In this document: piece by piece, positions 24,285 to 38,504 of the stretch
Position numbering within the stretch: position 1 is the first letter of the stretch
How the letters are laid out: each line of letters opens with the position of its first letter
Source of the DNA: Hypanus sabinus
Lineage: Eukaryota
DNA length: 64,000 bases
Reading direction: 5' to 3'
NCBI RefSeq assembly: GCF_030144855.1
Contig: NC_082706.1
Location: 150,412,001 to 150,476,000, forward strand
Notes under the pieces: generated by a model
Database searches by the model: none
What the model saw: only the letters and a program-made list of their open reading frames with translations
Told to the model about the DNA's origin: nothing
Translations under genes and position numbers: made by a program

Positions 24285-26148
24285 GAATATAAAGGAGGAT
24301 AGTAAAAGCTTCTTTAGGTATGTGAATAGCAAAAAAATAGTTAAGACAAAAATTGGGCCATTGAAGACAGAAGCAGGTGAATTTATTATGGGGAACAAGG
24401 AAATGGCAGACAAGTTGAACAGGTACTTTGGATCTGTCTTCACTAGGGAAGACACAAACAATCTGCCAGATGTAATAGTGGCCAAAGGAACTAGGGTAAA
24501 GGATGAACTGAAGGAAATGTATATTAGGCAAGAAACGGTGTTGGATAGACTGTTGAGTCTGAAGGCTGATAAGTCCCCGGGACCTGATGGTCTGCATCCC
24601 AGGGTACTTAAAGAGGTGGCTCTAGAAATTGTGGACACATTGGTAATCATTTTCCAATGTTCTATAGATTCAGGAACAGTTCCTGCTGATTGGAGGGTGG
24701 CTAATGTTGTCCCACTTTTCAAGAAAGGAGGGAGAGAGAAAACGGGGAATTATAGACCGGTTAGCCTGATGTCAGTGGTGGGAAAGATGCTGGAGTCAAT
24801 TATAAAAGAGGAAATTACGACACATTTGGATAGCAGTAGAAGGATCAGTCCGAGTCAGCATGGATATATGAAGGGAAAGTCATGCTTGACTAATCTTCTG
24901 GAGTTTTTTGAGGATGTAACTATGAAAATGGACAAGGGAGATCCAGTGAATGTAGTGTACCTGGACTTGCAGAAAGCTTTTGATAAAGTCCCACATAGGA
25001 AATTAGTGGGCAAAATTAGGGCTCATGGCATTGGGGGCAGAGTACTGACATGGATTGAAAATTGGCTGGCTGACAGGAAACAAAGAGTAGCGATTAATGG
25101 GTCCCTTTCGGAATGGCAGGCTATGACCAGTGGGGTACTGCAAGGTTTGGTGCTGGGACCGCAGCTGTTTACAATAAACATTAATGATTTAGATGAAGGG
25201 ATTAAAAGTAACATTAGCAAATTTGCTGATGACACAAAGCTGGGTGGCAGTGTGAAATGTCAGGAGGATGTTATGAGAATGCAGGGTGACTTGGACAAGT
25301 TGGGTGAGTGGGCAAATGTATGGCAAATGCAGTTTAATGTGGATAAAAGTGCGGTTATCCACTTTGGTGGCAAGAACAGGAAGGCAGATTTGATCTAAAC
25401 GGAGTCAAGTTAGGAAGGGGAAGTACAACGAGATCTAGGTGTTCTTGTACATCAGTCAATGAAAGCAAGCATGCAGGTACAGCAGGTAGTGAAGAAAGCT
25501 AATGGCATGTTGGCTTTCATAACAAGAGGAATTGAGTATAGGAGTAAAGAGGTCCTTCTGCAGTTGTACAGGGCCCTGGTGAGACCCCACCTGGAGTATT
25601 GTGTGCAGTTTTGGTCTCCAAATTTGAGGAAGGACATTCTTGCTATTGAGGGAGTGCAGCGTAGGTTCACAAGGTTAATTCCCGGAATGGCGGGACTGTC
25701 ATATGTTGAAAGATTGGAGCGACTGGGCTTGTACACACTGGAATTTAGAAGGATGAGAGGGGATCTGATTAAAACATATAAGATTATTAAGGGATTGGAC
25801 ATACTGGAGGCAGGAAGCATGTTCCTGCTGATGGGTGAGCCCAGAACTAGAGGCCACAGTTTAAGAATACAGGGTAGGCCATTTAGAACAGAGATGCGGA
25901 AAAACTTTTTCACCCAGAGAGTGGTGGATATGTGGAATGCTCTGCCCCAGAAGGCAGTGGAGGCCAAGTCTCTGGATGCATTCAAGAGAGAGTTAGATAG
26001 AGCTCTTATAGATAGCGAGGTCAAGGGATATGGGGAGAGGGCAGGAACGGGGTACTGATTGTGTATGATCAGCCATGATCACAGTGAATGGTGGTGCTGG
26101 CTAGAAGGGCCAAATGGCCCACACCTGCACCTACTGTCTACTGTCTAT
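24285..26148 (+). mobile_element. Young 5'-truncated CR1 LINE; near-intact RT with small deletions near 25390-25420
   Basis: KSPGPDGLHPRVLKE, NYRPVSLMSVVGK, LDLQKAFDKVPH, SGVLQGLVLGP, KFADDTKL; ORF 25459-26058 completes the C-terminus; tail ctactgtctactgtctatt. Confidence 0.96.
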
Positions 26149-26384
26149 TAATCAGGACATTTGCAAAGACGGGTGTATAAAAAGGACCCTAATGCTTGTC
26201 TTCATCAGCTGAGCTACTGAGTACAAATTACTACTGTATAAAAGTTTTGTTAGGTCACACTTAATGTTGTTTACATTTCTGACCATCATCTCTTTCTCAC
26301 CACCTAATGAAGTTTTCATAAATCTAATTTTTAACTCTCAACATACATGTCTATTGCAATGCATTCTGTGCCCTTTTCACGCTG

Positions 26385-26870
26385 TATAATTGAGGACATT
26401 GAAAACTCTGTTGCCTGTGTCTAATTCACACTATTTCACACACCTATTGCTCCAGTGCTAGTTGACTACATTTAACTCCAAATAAGCAATACTTCAGTTT
26501 TCAAAGTTTCACCTTCCTTTCAAATCGCTTAACACCCTTCATCCCTCATTATCTTCATAGCAACTGCAAGCTCAATAGATTTGCAATGTGTCTGTGGTAT
26601 CCCATTCACATACTTGGATCCTCACAGTCTTACCATTCATCTAATGCTATCTGCAGCCTCTGTTTTCAAGTTCTGAAGCTCTTGTATTCCTTTCTTCCCT
26701 TCTTATTTCCTACTCTCTGCCTCTCTCTGCTCCTTTATGATGTTCATTGAAATCTACCTCTTTTTTTCCAAACATTGGATTTCTACACCAGTATCTACTC
26801 ATGCTGCTCTGTGTAAAATCTTGCTTTATGTGGTAACTGGGAAGAAACTTGAGACATTTTGCCCACATTT
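26385..26870 (+). mobile_element. Ancient L2 LINE 3' fragment
   Basis: Degenerate ENSVACV..PIAPVLVD..H..FKV pattern of the L2 ORF2 C-terminus. Confidence 0.55.
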
Positions 26871-28309
26871 CTGCAAATTGATAGCATTTACAGATAACAA
26901 ATGCATTAGTTGTTAATAAGTGATCTGGTAAGTGCTATGGTGTCTGTAAATAAACAGAAAATTATTGTTGCAGAGAAGTAGAAAATAATGATGCCATCAT
27001 TTATTGTTTGCTATTATAATTATGATGTCTGATGCTGCATATAATGCTCTAAGAATCAGTGGCCTGTAGAACTTGCTTTAGAATGTGCATCCATCATTTT
27101 CATTTGAGAAATTTCAATAAATAACAACAAAAAATAATTATGCCTTTCCAAATGTTACCGCACCCCAAAGGGCAACACTTGTAGTTCTGGGCATTTGTGA
27201 AGATTAAAAATATAATTCGCTAAGGTGAACTCTACCACATTCCACAATGACTAATATATAGTATGCCAATTAGTATGACAATTTATGAAAATATTAGTGT
27301 GAAATGGACAGTGACTGTCTGTGTTGTTACCAAACAACATATAAATGCAAAAGTCAGGAAATAAAAATAGAGAATGGTTAGGGTTAAATTTATATCTGTG
27401 AAGAAATGGAACTTAAAGGGCAAGACACCAAGAAGAATCAAATACAAAATTTTGTATAAAGTCAATAAAATCTAAATAAATTTTCAGATGAATATTAGCA
27501 TAGTTATTATGCTTCAAAATAATTTGTTATTTCTGGATGATGTGAAATATCACAGCTATCTATTTGGAAATAATTTTGTGATTCCCAGTCAAATTTACGA
27601 TATCTATAACATAAACTAATATCATGAAAGTTAAAACAGAAATTACTTGTGCAAACAAAGCTTCTCACCTGAAAGTATATTTGATGTGGCATTTTACCAT
27701 TACAATATTAGATTCATTCCCATCTGTCATTCATACAAAATTGTCTCTGCCCATAATTCCACATGGCATAAATTTTGTTGAAAAAATTAAAGCCAATAGA
27801 ATGAAATGATTTAAAAAATCAAAATATTAAATGTGCATTATACTGCAATTATTTCAATCATGTCTTCATAACTCTTAAGCAATAACTTTGATTTAATAAT
27901 CTTCATTCATGTCAGTATCATTAATCTGGTACTATGCTCAATGACATTTGAAGTGGCATACTCTTTGGCAATCAGATCTTTTTAGTCTTGCACGTTATTA
28001 CTGACCTGGCCACAAGACAGGAAAAATGGTATGAAAGTCACACTGTTATGATAACATTAAACTTGTGTGCTTCTAGAGTTTCAGTAGAGGAAAGAATTTT
28101 CCAAACAAAACATTTTACTGAAATGCGGATTTGAGTAAGAATGACCAGATGACCAGCCTCTGTACTGAATTTCGGATGTTATTGTGTTTGAAGAGAAAAA
28201 TCTGAAACTGTGTTGGCGATTACATTCCATTCATTCCTCTTTGAATAGTTCCTTATTTAAATGTATTAGCATAACAATGTATAAATGTAATTATTTATAT
28301 ATATTGAAA

Positions 28310-29205
28310 TATCTATAAATTTGCAGATGATACAATCATTGTTGGTAGAATCTCAGGTGGTGATGAGAGGGCGTACAGGAGTGAGATATTCCTACTAATG
28401 AAGCAGCAATAACCTGGCACTCATTGTCAGTAAGACGAAAGAGCTGATTGCGGACTTCAGGAAGGGTAAGACAAAGGAGCACATCTCAATCCTCATAGAG
28501 GGATCAGAAGTGGAGAGAGTGAGCAGCTTCAAATTCCTGGGTGTCAAAATCCCTGAGGATCTAACCTGGTTCCAACATATCAATGTAGTTATAAAGAAGG
28601 CAAGATAGTGGCTACTTTATTAGGTGTTTCAAGAGATTGGCATGTCAACAAATACACTCAAAAACATCTATAATTGTACCATGGAGAGCATTCTGACAGG
28701 TTGCATCACTGTCTGGTATGGAGGGGCTACTACACAGGACCGAAAGAAGTTGCAGAAGGTTGTAAATCTGGTCAGCTCCATCTTGGGCACTAGCCTACAA
28801 AGTACCCAGGACATCTTTAGGGAGCGGTGTCTCAGAAAGGCAGCGTCCATTATTAAGGACCTCCAGCACCCAGGGCATGCCTTTTTCTCACTGTTAACAT
28901 CAGGTACGAGATACAGAAGCCTGAAAGCACACACTCAGCAATTCAGGAACAGCTTCTTCCCCTCTGCCATCCAATTCCTAAATGGACATTGAAGCTTTGG
29001 ACACTACCTCACTTTTTTTAACATACAGTATTTCTGCGTTTGCACATTTTTTAAATATATGTAATTGTATTTGAATTACTTGTTTATTTATCATTATGCT
29101 TTTTAAAATTATTTTTTTCTCTCTCTGCTGGATTATGTATTGCATTGAACTGCTGCTGCTAAGTTAATAAATTTCATATCACATGCTGACCGATTCTGAT
29201 TCTGA
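28310..29205 (+). mobile_element. Rex1/Babar-like LINE, 5'-truncated
   Basis: IYKFADDTIIVGRISGGDERAYRSEI, ESILTGCITVWYG, HPGHAFFSLLTSGTRYRSLKAHTQQFRNSFFPSAIQFLN; tail gattctgattctga. Confidence 0.92.
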
Positions 29206-29282
29206 TCTATTTTTTTCCTTCCTCATTTGCTTGGCCAACCTCTCCTTAAATGCATCTATAAGATTGACTCAACTACTCACTA

Positions 29283-32200
29283 TGTTAGTGAGTTACCTGT
29301 TCTCAATACTCTTTGGGTACCAGGGACACAAGAGACTGCAGCCTCTAGAATCTAGAGCAACACCCAAAAAGCTAGAGGAACTCAATCTACACAAGAAGAA
29401 CTCGAGAACACTGAGTCTGGTTCTGCAGTGCAGAAGGGAGGGAGGAAAAAGAGGAGAGCGGTAGTGATAGGCTACTCCATAGTCAGGGATACAAACAGGA
29501 GAGTCTGTGGTCATGACAGAGATTCCCAGATAGTTTGTTGCCTCCTGGATGCCAGGGTCAGGGATGTCTCTGATCATGTGCATAGAATTCTGAGGTGGGA
29601 GGGTGATCAGCCAGGTGTCGTGGTACACATCGGTACCAATGACACAGGTAGAAAGAGTCAGGAGGTCCTGAAGAGTGAGTACAGAGAGCTTGGTAGGAAG
29701 TTGGAAAACAGGACCTCGAGGGTAGTAATCTCCGGATTGCTGCCAGTGAGGGAAAGAGTAGGATGCTCTGGCAGATGAACACATGGCTGAGAAACTGGTG
29801 TACAGGAAAGGGTTTCAGATTTCTAGATCATTGGGACTTCTTCCAGGGCAGGTGGGACCCATACAAGAGAGACGGGTTACACCTGAACTACTGGGGGACC
29901 AATATGCTTGCTGGGAGGTTTGCTAGTGTTTTTGGGGAAGGTTTAAACCAGATTTTCAGGGGGATGGGAACCAGAGTGCCAGAGCAGATAGTGGAACGGG
30001 GGTAAAAATAAATGATGTTAGTAGTTCATGCAAAGTCACAAATAGTAAGGTTGTGTGTGGTGGTAATAATCTTCTGAGGTGTGAATATTTCAATGCGAGG
30101 AGTATTGTGGGAAAGACAGATGAGCTGAGAGCGTGGCTTGACACATGGAATTATGACATCATTGCTATTACTGAAACTGGGCTACAGGAGGGGCAGGACT
30201 GGCAGCTCAATGTTCTGGGGGAGGCAGAGGGATGAAGGGTGGGGGGGTTGGCATTGTTAGTCAGGGAAAATATTACAACAGTGCTTCGGCAGGACAGATT
30301 AGAGGGCTTGTCTACTGAGGCCATATGGGTGGTGTTGAGAAACAGGATAGGTACGTCCACATTAATAGGGTTGTATTATAGACCACCCAATAGTCAGCGA
30401 AAATTGGAGGAACAAATTTGCAGAGAGATAACAGACAACTGCAGGAGACAGAAAGTTGTGATTTTAATTTTTCACACATTGATTGGGACTACCATACTGT
30501 TAAAGGTCTAGTTGGGTTAGAGTTTGTAAAATGTGTTCAGGAAAGTGTTCTAAATCAACATAGAGATGTACCAACTAGGGAGGATGCAATATTAGATCTA
30601 TTAGGAAATGAGTTAGGGCAGATGACAGAAGTGTGTGTAGGGGAACACTTTGGTTCCAGTGATCATAACACCATTAGTTTTAACTTGATCATGGATGAAG
30701 ATAGATCTGGTCCTCGGGTTGAAGTTCTAAACTGGAAAAAGGCCAAATTTGGAGAAGTGAGAAAGGATCTAAAAAGCGCAGATTGGGACAGGTTATTCTC
30801 CGGCAAGGACATGATTAGTAGCGGGAGGCCTTCAAAGCAGAAATTTTGAGAGTGCAGTGTTTGTATGTTCCTGTCAGGGTTAAAGGCAAAATGAATAAGA
30901 ATAAGGAACCTTGGTTCTCGAGGGATATTGGAACTCTGATAAAGAAGAAGAGAGAGATGTATAACATGTATAGGCAACAGGGAGGAAATAAGATGCTTGA
31001 GGAGTATAAAAATAGTAAGAAAATACTTAAGAAAGAAATCAGGAGGGCTATAAAAAGACACGAAGTTGCTTTGGCAGTCAGGGTGAAGGACAATCCTAAG
31101 AGCTTCTACAGGTATGTTAAGAGCAAAAGGATAGTAAGGGATAAAATTGGTCCTCTTGAAGATCAGAGTGGTCGGCAATGTATGGAACCAAAAGAAATGG
31201 GAGAGATATTAAATGGGTTTTTTGCATCTGTATTTACTAAGGAAACTGGAATGGAGTCTATGGAAACAAGGCAAACAAGTAGGGAGGTCATGGAACTTAT
31301 ACAGATTAAAGAGGAGGAGGTGCTTGCTGTCTTGAGGCAAATCAGAGTAGATAAATCCCCAGGACCTGACGGGGTATTCCCTCGGACCTTGAAGGAGACT
31401 AGTGTTGAAATTGCAGGGGCCCTGGGAGAAATAATTAAAATGTCGATATCCATGGGTCAGGTGCCAGTGGATTGGAGGATAGCTCATGTAGTTCCGTTGT
31501 TTAAAAAAGGCTCAAAAAGTAAGTCAAGAAATTATAGGCTGATACGTTTGACATCAGTAGTAGGTAAATTATTGGAAGGAATACTAAGAAATGGGATCTA
31601 CAAGTATTTGGATAGAATAAGTCAGCATGGCTTTGTGCATGGTAGGTCATGTTTAACCAATCTATTAGAGTTTTTCGAGGAAATTACCAGGAAAGTGGAT
31701 GAAGGGAAGGCAGTGGATATTGTATACATGGACTTCAGTAAGACCTTTGACAAGGTCCCACATGGGAGGTTAGTTAGGAAGACTCATTTGCTAGGTGTAC
31801 ATAGAGAGATGGTAAATTGGATTAGACATTGGCTCAATGGGAGAAGTCAGAGAGTGGTGGTGGAGGATTGCTACTCTGAGTGGAGGCCTGTGACTAGTGG
31901 TGTGCCACAGGGATCAGTGCTGGGTCCATTGTTATTTGTCATCTATATCAATGATCTGGATGATAATGTGGCAAATTAGATCAGCAATTTTGCTGATGAT
32001 ACAAAGATTGGAGGTGTAGTGGACAGTGAGGAAGATTTTCAAAGCTTGCAGAGGGATTTGGACCAGTTGGAGGAATGGGTTGAAAAATGGCAGATGAAGT
32101 TTAATGCGGACAAATGTGAGGTATTGCACTTTAGAAGGTCAAACCAAAGTTGAACATACAAGGTAAATGGTAGGACACTGAGGAATGCAGTAGAACAGAG

Positions 32201-32901
32201 GGATCTGGGAGTACAGATACATAATTTCCTAAAAGTGGTGTCACAGGTGGATAGGGTTGTAAAGAGAGCTTTTGGTACATTGGCCTTTATAAATCAAAGT
32301 ATTGAGTATAAGAGTTGGAATATAATGGTGAGGTTGTATAAGACATTGGTGAGACCGAATTTGGAGTATTGTTTGCAGTTTTGGTCACCAAATTACAGGA
32401 AGGATATTAATAAGGTTGAAAGAGTGCAGAGAAGGTTTACAAGGATGTTGCCGGGACTTAAGAAACTGAGTTACAGAGAAAGGTTGAATAGGTTAGGACT
32501 TTATTCCCTGGAGCATAAGAGAATGAGGGGTGATTTGATAGAGGTGTATAAAATTATGATGGGTATAGATAAAGTGAATGTAAGCAGGCTTTTTCCACTG
32601 AGGCGAGGGGAGAAAAAAAACAGAGGTCATGGGTTAAGGGTAAAGGGGGGAAGTTTAAAGGGAACATTGTGGGGGCTTCTTCACGCAGAGAGTGGTGGGA
32701 GTGTGGAATGAGCTGCCAGATGAAGTGGTGAATGCGGGATCACTTTTGACATTTAAGAAAAACTTGGACAGGTATATGGATGAGAGGTGTATGGAGGGAT
32801 ATGGCCCAGGTGCAGGTCAGTGGGACTAGGCAGAAAAATGGTTTGGCGCAGCCTAGAAGGGCCAAGAGGCCTGTTTCTGTGCTGTAATGTTCTATGGTTC
32901 T
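29283..32901 (+). mobile_element. Near full-length CR1 LINE: ORF1 SGNH esterase plus ORF2 EN-RT, several frameshifts/stops
   Basis: RAVVIGYSIVR..VVVHIGTNDTGR..DGLHLN (esterase); YFNARSI..IAITET, GLYYRPPNS, GSSDHN (APE); [28 protein letters not shown]; tail ttctatggttcta. Confidence 0.96.
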
Positions 32902-33073
32902 AACTCAGTCAATCAGGCAGCATCAATGGAGGGAAATGGGCGGTCAACGTTTTGGGTCAAGACCCCTCATCTGGATTGATTTGTTCTAGATGAAGTGCCT
33001 CAATCTGAAGTGTAAACTGCCTATTCCCCTCCATAGTTGCTGACTGGCCTATGAAATCCCTCCAGTTTTGTTT
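32902..33073. mobile_element. Older PLE-derived fold-back unit with degenerate hammerhead motifs
   Basis: gcagcatcaatggagggaaatgg..caacgttttgggtcaagacccctcatctgga is inverted against tctagatgaagtgcctcaatctgaagtg..ttcccctccatagttgctga. Confidence 0.7.
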
Positions 33074-33789
33074 GTGTTATGCTTTAGGCAATAAAGTAAC
33101 TTCTGATTTCCCACTTGGATTTTTAGTGACCACCTTATCTTGATAACCTGTAGTTATTGTTTAAAAATACATGGACACAATCCATTTTGAGCATTAGTTT
33201 CTCCTTTTTGAATTAATTTGTCTTCTATATTTCTTTTCCAATTTTAAATGTCAATATTCATCTCAGCATCCATAGCATGCTCACCTGTCTATAAAAGCTT
33301 AATGTACTGAGACCCAGAGTTTGCTTTGTTCATCGACACAACCTGGGCCAGCACCTTAATAAAACAAATAGCATACTATTTCTCCTGCCAAAGTGTACTA
33401 TCTTGCAATTGTGTGTTCATTAACTTTTTTATTGCTTTCCCTTTTGTTTCTATTAATCTTTTCCTTATAGATACAGTCCTTTTTTCTAAGCTGCCAGTAT
33501 TTTATGCTGAATAGATACTGCCATTCCACCAACCTTCTTTCTCTCACTTTCTTTTTTAAATACTTTGTCCTGAAATTTCTATAGCCATAGCACAATCATT
33601 CTGATTATGTTTCGTTCCTTCAACACAGGATTACCTCCTGCTTCCGTGTTTATTTTGAAAACTCTGTGTATTGATGTGCAGACAGTGCAACCCATTTTTA
33701 TTAGCATTTCGTCACACCATCTTTTTGGTCTCCTGTTCTGTAATGTTATTCACTCCCTTCCCTTCAAACTTGTTCTTGTATTCTAATCC

Positions 33790-36700
33790 TCTTGAAATGA
33801 ATGCTAACATTGCCATTTGCCTTCCTCGCCACTGACTCTGCCTGCAAGATAACATTTAGTGAATACTGCACAAGGACCCTTTGCACCTCTGATTTTTAAA
33901 TTTTCTCCCCATTTAGTCAACTACTTTATTCCTTCTACCAAAGTGCATGATCATATATTCCTCACACTATATTCATTCTGCCACTTCTTTGCCCATTCTA
34001 CCAATAGAAGTCCTACTACAGACTCCCTACTTCCTCAACACTACCGTTCCCTCCTCTTATCTTTGTATCATATGCAAACTTGGTCACAAAGCTATCGATT
34101 CTGTCATCCAAATCATTGATATATAGTGTAAAAAGCAGTCCCAACACAGACCACTGAGGAACACACTAGTCACTGGCAGCTAAACAGAAAAGGCCCCGTG
34201 TATTTGCACTATTTGCCTTCTGCCAGTCAGGCAATCTCCTATCCATGCTAGTATCTAGTACCTTACATGTAATACCTGAGGCTGTCATCTTGTTAAGCAG
34301 CCTCAAGTGTGGAACTTTGTCCAAGACCTACTGAGAATCCAAGTAAACAACATCTACTGACTCTCCTTTGTCTATCATATTTATTATTTTCTCAAAGATT
34401 TCCGAATGATGTGTCAGGCAAATTTCTTCTTAAGGAAACCATGCTGACTTTGGCCTATTTTATCACATACCCCTAAGAACCTAAAACCTTATCCCTAATA
34501 CTGGACTTCAACGTTTTCCAAACCATTGAAGTCAAGCTAACTGGCCTTTCATTTCCTTTCTTCTGTCTGCCCCTACTTCTTAAAGAATGAAGTGCCATCT
34601 ACAATTTAGCAGTCCTCAGGAACCATTCTTTGAAAGATTATTAGTAATGCTTTTACAATCTCTTCAGCAATCTCTTTCATAACCCTGGGGTGTAGTCCAT
34701 CTGGACAGGCTGACTTATCTAAATTTAGAGTTTTCAGCTTCCCATGCACCTTCTCCTTACTACACAACTACACTCACATCTGCCCCTTGACACTCTCAAA
34801 TTTCTGGTATAATGCTAGGGTCATTGAGAGTGAAGACTGACACAAAATACTTATTAAGTTCATCCGGTATTTCTTTGTCTCCCATTGCTGCCTCTTCAGT
34901 GTCATTTTCCAGTGGTCCACTCTCACCTCTCTTTTACTCTTTATACGGCTGAAAAACTTTTGGTACCCTATTTTATATTGTTGGATAGCTTACATTCATA
35001 TTTCATCTTTTCTCTCCTCATGGCTTTTTAGCTGTCTTCTGTTGGTGTTTAAAAGCTTCCCATTCCTCTAATTCCCCACTAGATTTTTCTATATTATCAC
35101 ATTTTGCTTTGTGCTGTCTTTGACTTCTGTTGTCAGCCACAGATGCATAATCCTCCCTTTAGAATACTTCCAATGGCTAGAATAATTCCAGCCATTGCTG
35201 CTCTGACCCTCTCATTTCCCCTTCTGGTCAACTTCGGCCAGCTCCTCTCTCGTGCCTCTGTAATTCCAATTACTCCATTGTAATACATTATAGCTGATTT
35301 TTCATTCTCCCTATCAAACTACCTGGAGAATTCTATCATTTTCTGATTACTGTCTCCTAAGGGTTACTTTACTTTAAACACTCCAATCAAATCTGTTCCT
35401 TACACAACAGCATTGTGAATTGGCTTTCCCCAGTGAGCTCGGCCTCAAGCTACTCGAAAAATGCCATGTCATAGGCATTCTATAAATTCCTCTCTTGGGA
35501 TCCAGCACCATACTGATTATCTCAATCTACCTGCATATTGAAGCCCCCCATCACTTTTGTAACATTGCCCTTTTTTACATGCCTTTTCTCTCTCCTGTTG
35601 TAATTCATATCCCACATTCTGCCTACTATTCAGAGACCAGTCGGGATTTCAGGCCGTGACCATTGAACAGTCCTGCCAAAACGTTTTGACCAGAAACGTC
35701 AACTGTACTCCTTTTCAAAAATACTGGGGCTGGCCTGCTGAGTGCCTCCAGCATTTTGTGTCTGTTGTTTGGATTTCCAGTATCTGCCAATTCTCTGTGG
35801 TTTGTGATTCAGAGGCCAGTATATAACTCCCATTAGGGTTATTTTACCCTTGCAATTTCTTAACTCCACCGACCAGAATTCTATGTCATTCCATTCTATG
35901 TCACCTCTCCCTAAGTGTTTGATTTCATTTTTTACCAACAGAACCACTCACCCTCTCTGCCTATTTGTCTGTCTTTTTAATACAAGATGTATTCTTGGAT
36001 GTTAAGCTCCCAACTATGATCTTCTTTCAGCATGTAATCTCTAACTTCATTACAAGATCATCTACCTTATTCCCTATAGCATGCACATTCAAATATAACA
36101 TCTTCAGCCCTGTATTCATCACCCTTTTTGATTTTGCCCCCATGTTACACTTCAACTCATCTCACTGACTGCAATTTGGCCCTTTCAGCTGCCTGTCCTT
36201 CCTCATAGTCTCACTGCACACTGCATCTACTTGTATACCAACTGACCAACCTTGGACCTATCATACTAGCTCCCATCCCCTCACCAAATTATTTTAAACC
36301 CTTCCTAGTCGCAAGGATTTTGATCCCCTTTGGGTTCTGATGCCAACCTTCTTTTTTGTACAGATCATAACTTACGCAGAAGAGACCGCAAAGATCCAAA
36401 AACCTGAAACCCTGCTCTCTACTCCAATTCTTCAGCCACATATTCATCTGCCAAGTTATCTTATTCTTACCCTCCCTGGCGCATGACACAGACAGCGATC
36501 CAGAGATTACAAGCCTGCTCTTTAGCTTTCTAACTAACTCCCTACATTCTTTCTTCAAGAATGTTTCCCTTTTCTTAGCTATGTTGTTAGTACCAATATG
36601 TATAATGACTTTTGGCTGCTCACCCTCCCCCTTTAGAATGCTGTCAACCCAGTCTGAGAAAACCTTGACCCTTGCACCTAGGAGGCAAAATCCCATCCAC

Positions 36701-37400
36701 TTTTCTTTCTGACATCCATGGAACCTCCTGTGCTCTCCTCTGACTATGGAATCACCTTTCCTACTGCAATCCTCTTCTCTCCCTTCCCTCTGAGGCACAG
36801 AGCCAAACTCAATGCCAGAGACCTGGTCACTGCAGCTTCTTCCATAGATGTTCACCCCCCCACCCCCCCAACAGTATCCAAATTGCAATAGTTATTATTG
36901 AGGGGAGCAACCACAGGGATACCCTGCACTGGCTGACTATTCTCTTTCCCTCTCCTGACAGTCACCCAGGTACGTTCCTTCTGCAATGTAGGGGTGAGTA
37001 ACTCTTTCGAACTCCCTGTAGCTACTATCTATCATCTCACTTTCCCATATGAGGCAAAGTTCATTAAGCTGCCACTCCAATCTCTTAAAACGCTGTCTAA
37101 GCTCCTGCAGCTTGATGCACTTCATGCAGATGTAGTTATCAGGGAGACTGAAAGTCTCCCAGAGTTCCCACATCTCACACCATTCTCAGTGCTCTAGTTT
37201 TGTACTAATAGACTAAGAAAGAGATGCAAAAAGCTAACTATAAACTTACCTGGAACCTCTGTCTGTGCTAGCCCAAGCCTGTTCTCACCATACTATGTTG
37301 AGTTAAAGTCTCCAGTTCTAATGGCCCACTTCAGCACTGGCTGCTCTGCTTACACCTCGCTTCTTTTTATTGGCTCAAATAAAACCCACTCGTGAAATGA
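33790..37400 (-). mobile_element. Degenerate near full-length CR1 LINE (5'UTR, ORF1 zinc finger/coiled coil/esterase, ORF2)
   Basis: MWELWETFSLPDNYICMKCIKLQEL; KGDSIVRG..VIIHIGTNNI; ELRNCKGKITLMGVIYWP; RT remnants 33790-34760. Confidence 0.92.
35642..35806 (+). mobile_element. PLE-derived hammerhead unit inserted in CR1; 14-bp TSD
   Basis: TSD attcagagaccagt (35628-35641) / attcagaggccagt (35807-35820); degenerate cagtcctgccaaa..gaaacgtcaactg; short inverted 5' piece. Confidence 0.82.
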
Positions 37401-38184
37401 CTCATTCTTTTCAAATGGCTCCTACCTTGGAATGATTTCCCCCTCACTCGGATCTATGGAGGGAAATGAAAAACCAACATTGCAGGTCAGACTTTTTATC
37501 AGTATTGGGGAAGCTCTGGAGCAAATGCTTCATTGAAGAGAAGAGGAAAGCATCTTCAAGGTAAACATTCCACAAAGAGAATTCACAGTCGAGCTCGTTG
37601 GAGAGGGAAGCTTCTGTTGTTCAGTTTCAAGATCACAACTACATTTACTCCTTCCTCTGCTGGGTTTTACTTCAGCTTTTCTGAAGTATCCCTTACCCTG
37701 GTACAAGAAAGGCAATACAACATCTTTCCAAGGATTCAAAACTTAGTCACATTGTTCAGGATGGGTTTGATTGCCTGGTCTTACTAATAAAAAATCAACA
37801 GAGAGTACAAGGAAAGACGTGTTTTTCTCATCTATGTTAAAATCTGTCACTTCTCACACCCACTATGTCACAAATCACAGACTTCTTGCTCTCTAAAACC
37901 TAGTTTATTTTCACTCTACAATGAATGGTATATTTTCCTTAGCAGAGAAATACAAGAAAGTATCTCAAAAAAAAAATATGGAATGGCAAACTGCAGTTCT
38001 ATTGAAAAATACAGAAGACAGAAAATAAAAATAAAACAAGCCTGACTGGAAAGAAACTGAATCCAGAGTGAAAGACTGGCAGCTAAGTTGAGGCAGAATC
38101 TGAAGTTTATCCTATTACACTTTTATAACTCTTAACATAACGTACCCATCTCTATAAAATTTCATGTTCTCAATATTAATTGCT

Positions 38185-38460
38185 CACTATTATCGTGTTG
38201 TGGTTAGCACAACACTTTACAGTACTAGCAACCCAGGTTCTATTCCTGCCACAGCCTGTAAGGAGTTTGTATGTTCTCCTTATGACCGCTTGGTTTTCCT
38301 GCGGGTACTCTTGATTCTTCCCTCAGCCCAAAGACATACTGATTGGTTGGGTACTGTAAAATTGTCCCATGATTAGGCTAGGATTAAATCGGGGAATTGC
38401 AGGGCAGTGCAGCTCAAAGGGCCGAAAAGGCTCATTCCATGCTGTATCTCAATAAATAAA
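38185..38460 (+). mobile_element. tRNA-derived V-SINE (HE1-like) with CR1-type tail
   Basis: A-box-like gtggttagc, B-box-like ggttctattcc, V-domain-like ggagtttgtatgttctcc..tggttttcctgcgggtactc; tail aagggccgaaaagg..ctgtatctcaataaataaa. Confidence 0.8.
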
Positions 38461-38504
38461 TGTATGTTCCTCTTTCTTTCAATACAGGAGTGCACAGCTA
38501 GATG

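Noticed and set aside
25452-26024. 190-aa minus ORF and similar ORFs (24222-24722, 30663-31178, 61296-61781)
   Set aside because: Antisense shadows of CR1 ORF2
38185-38260. tRNA gene
   Set aside because: Only decayed A/B boxes running into a V-SINE core; it is a SINE head
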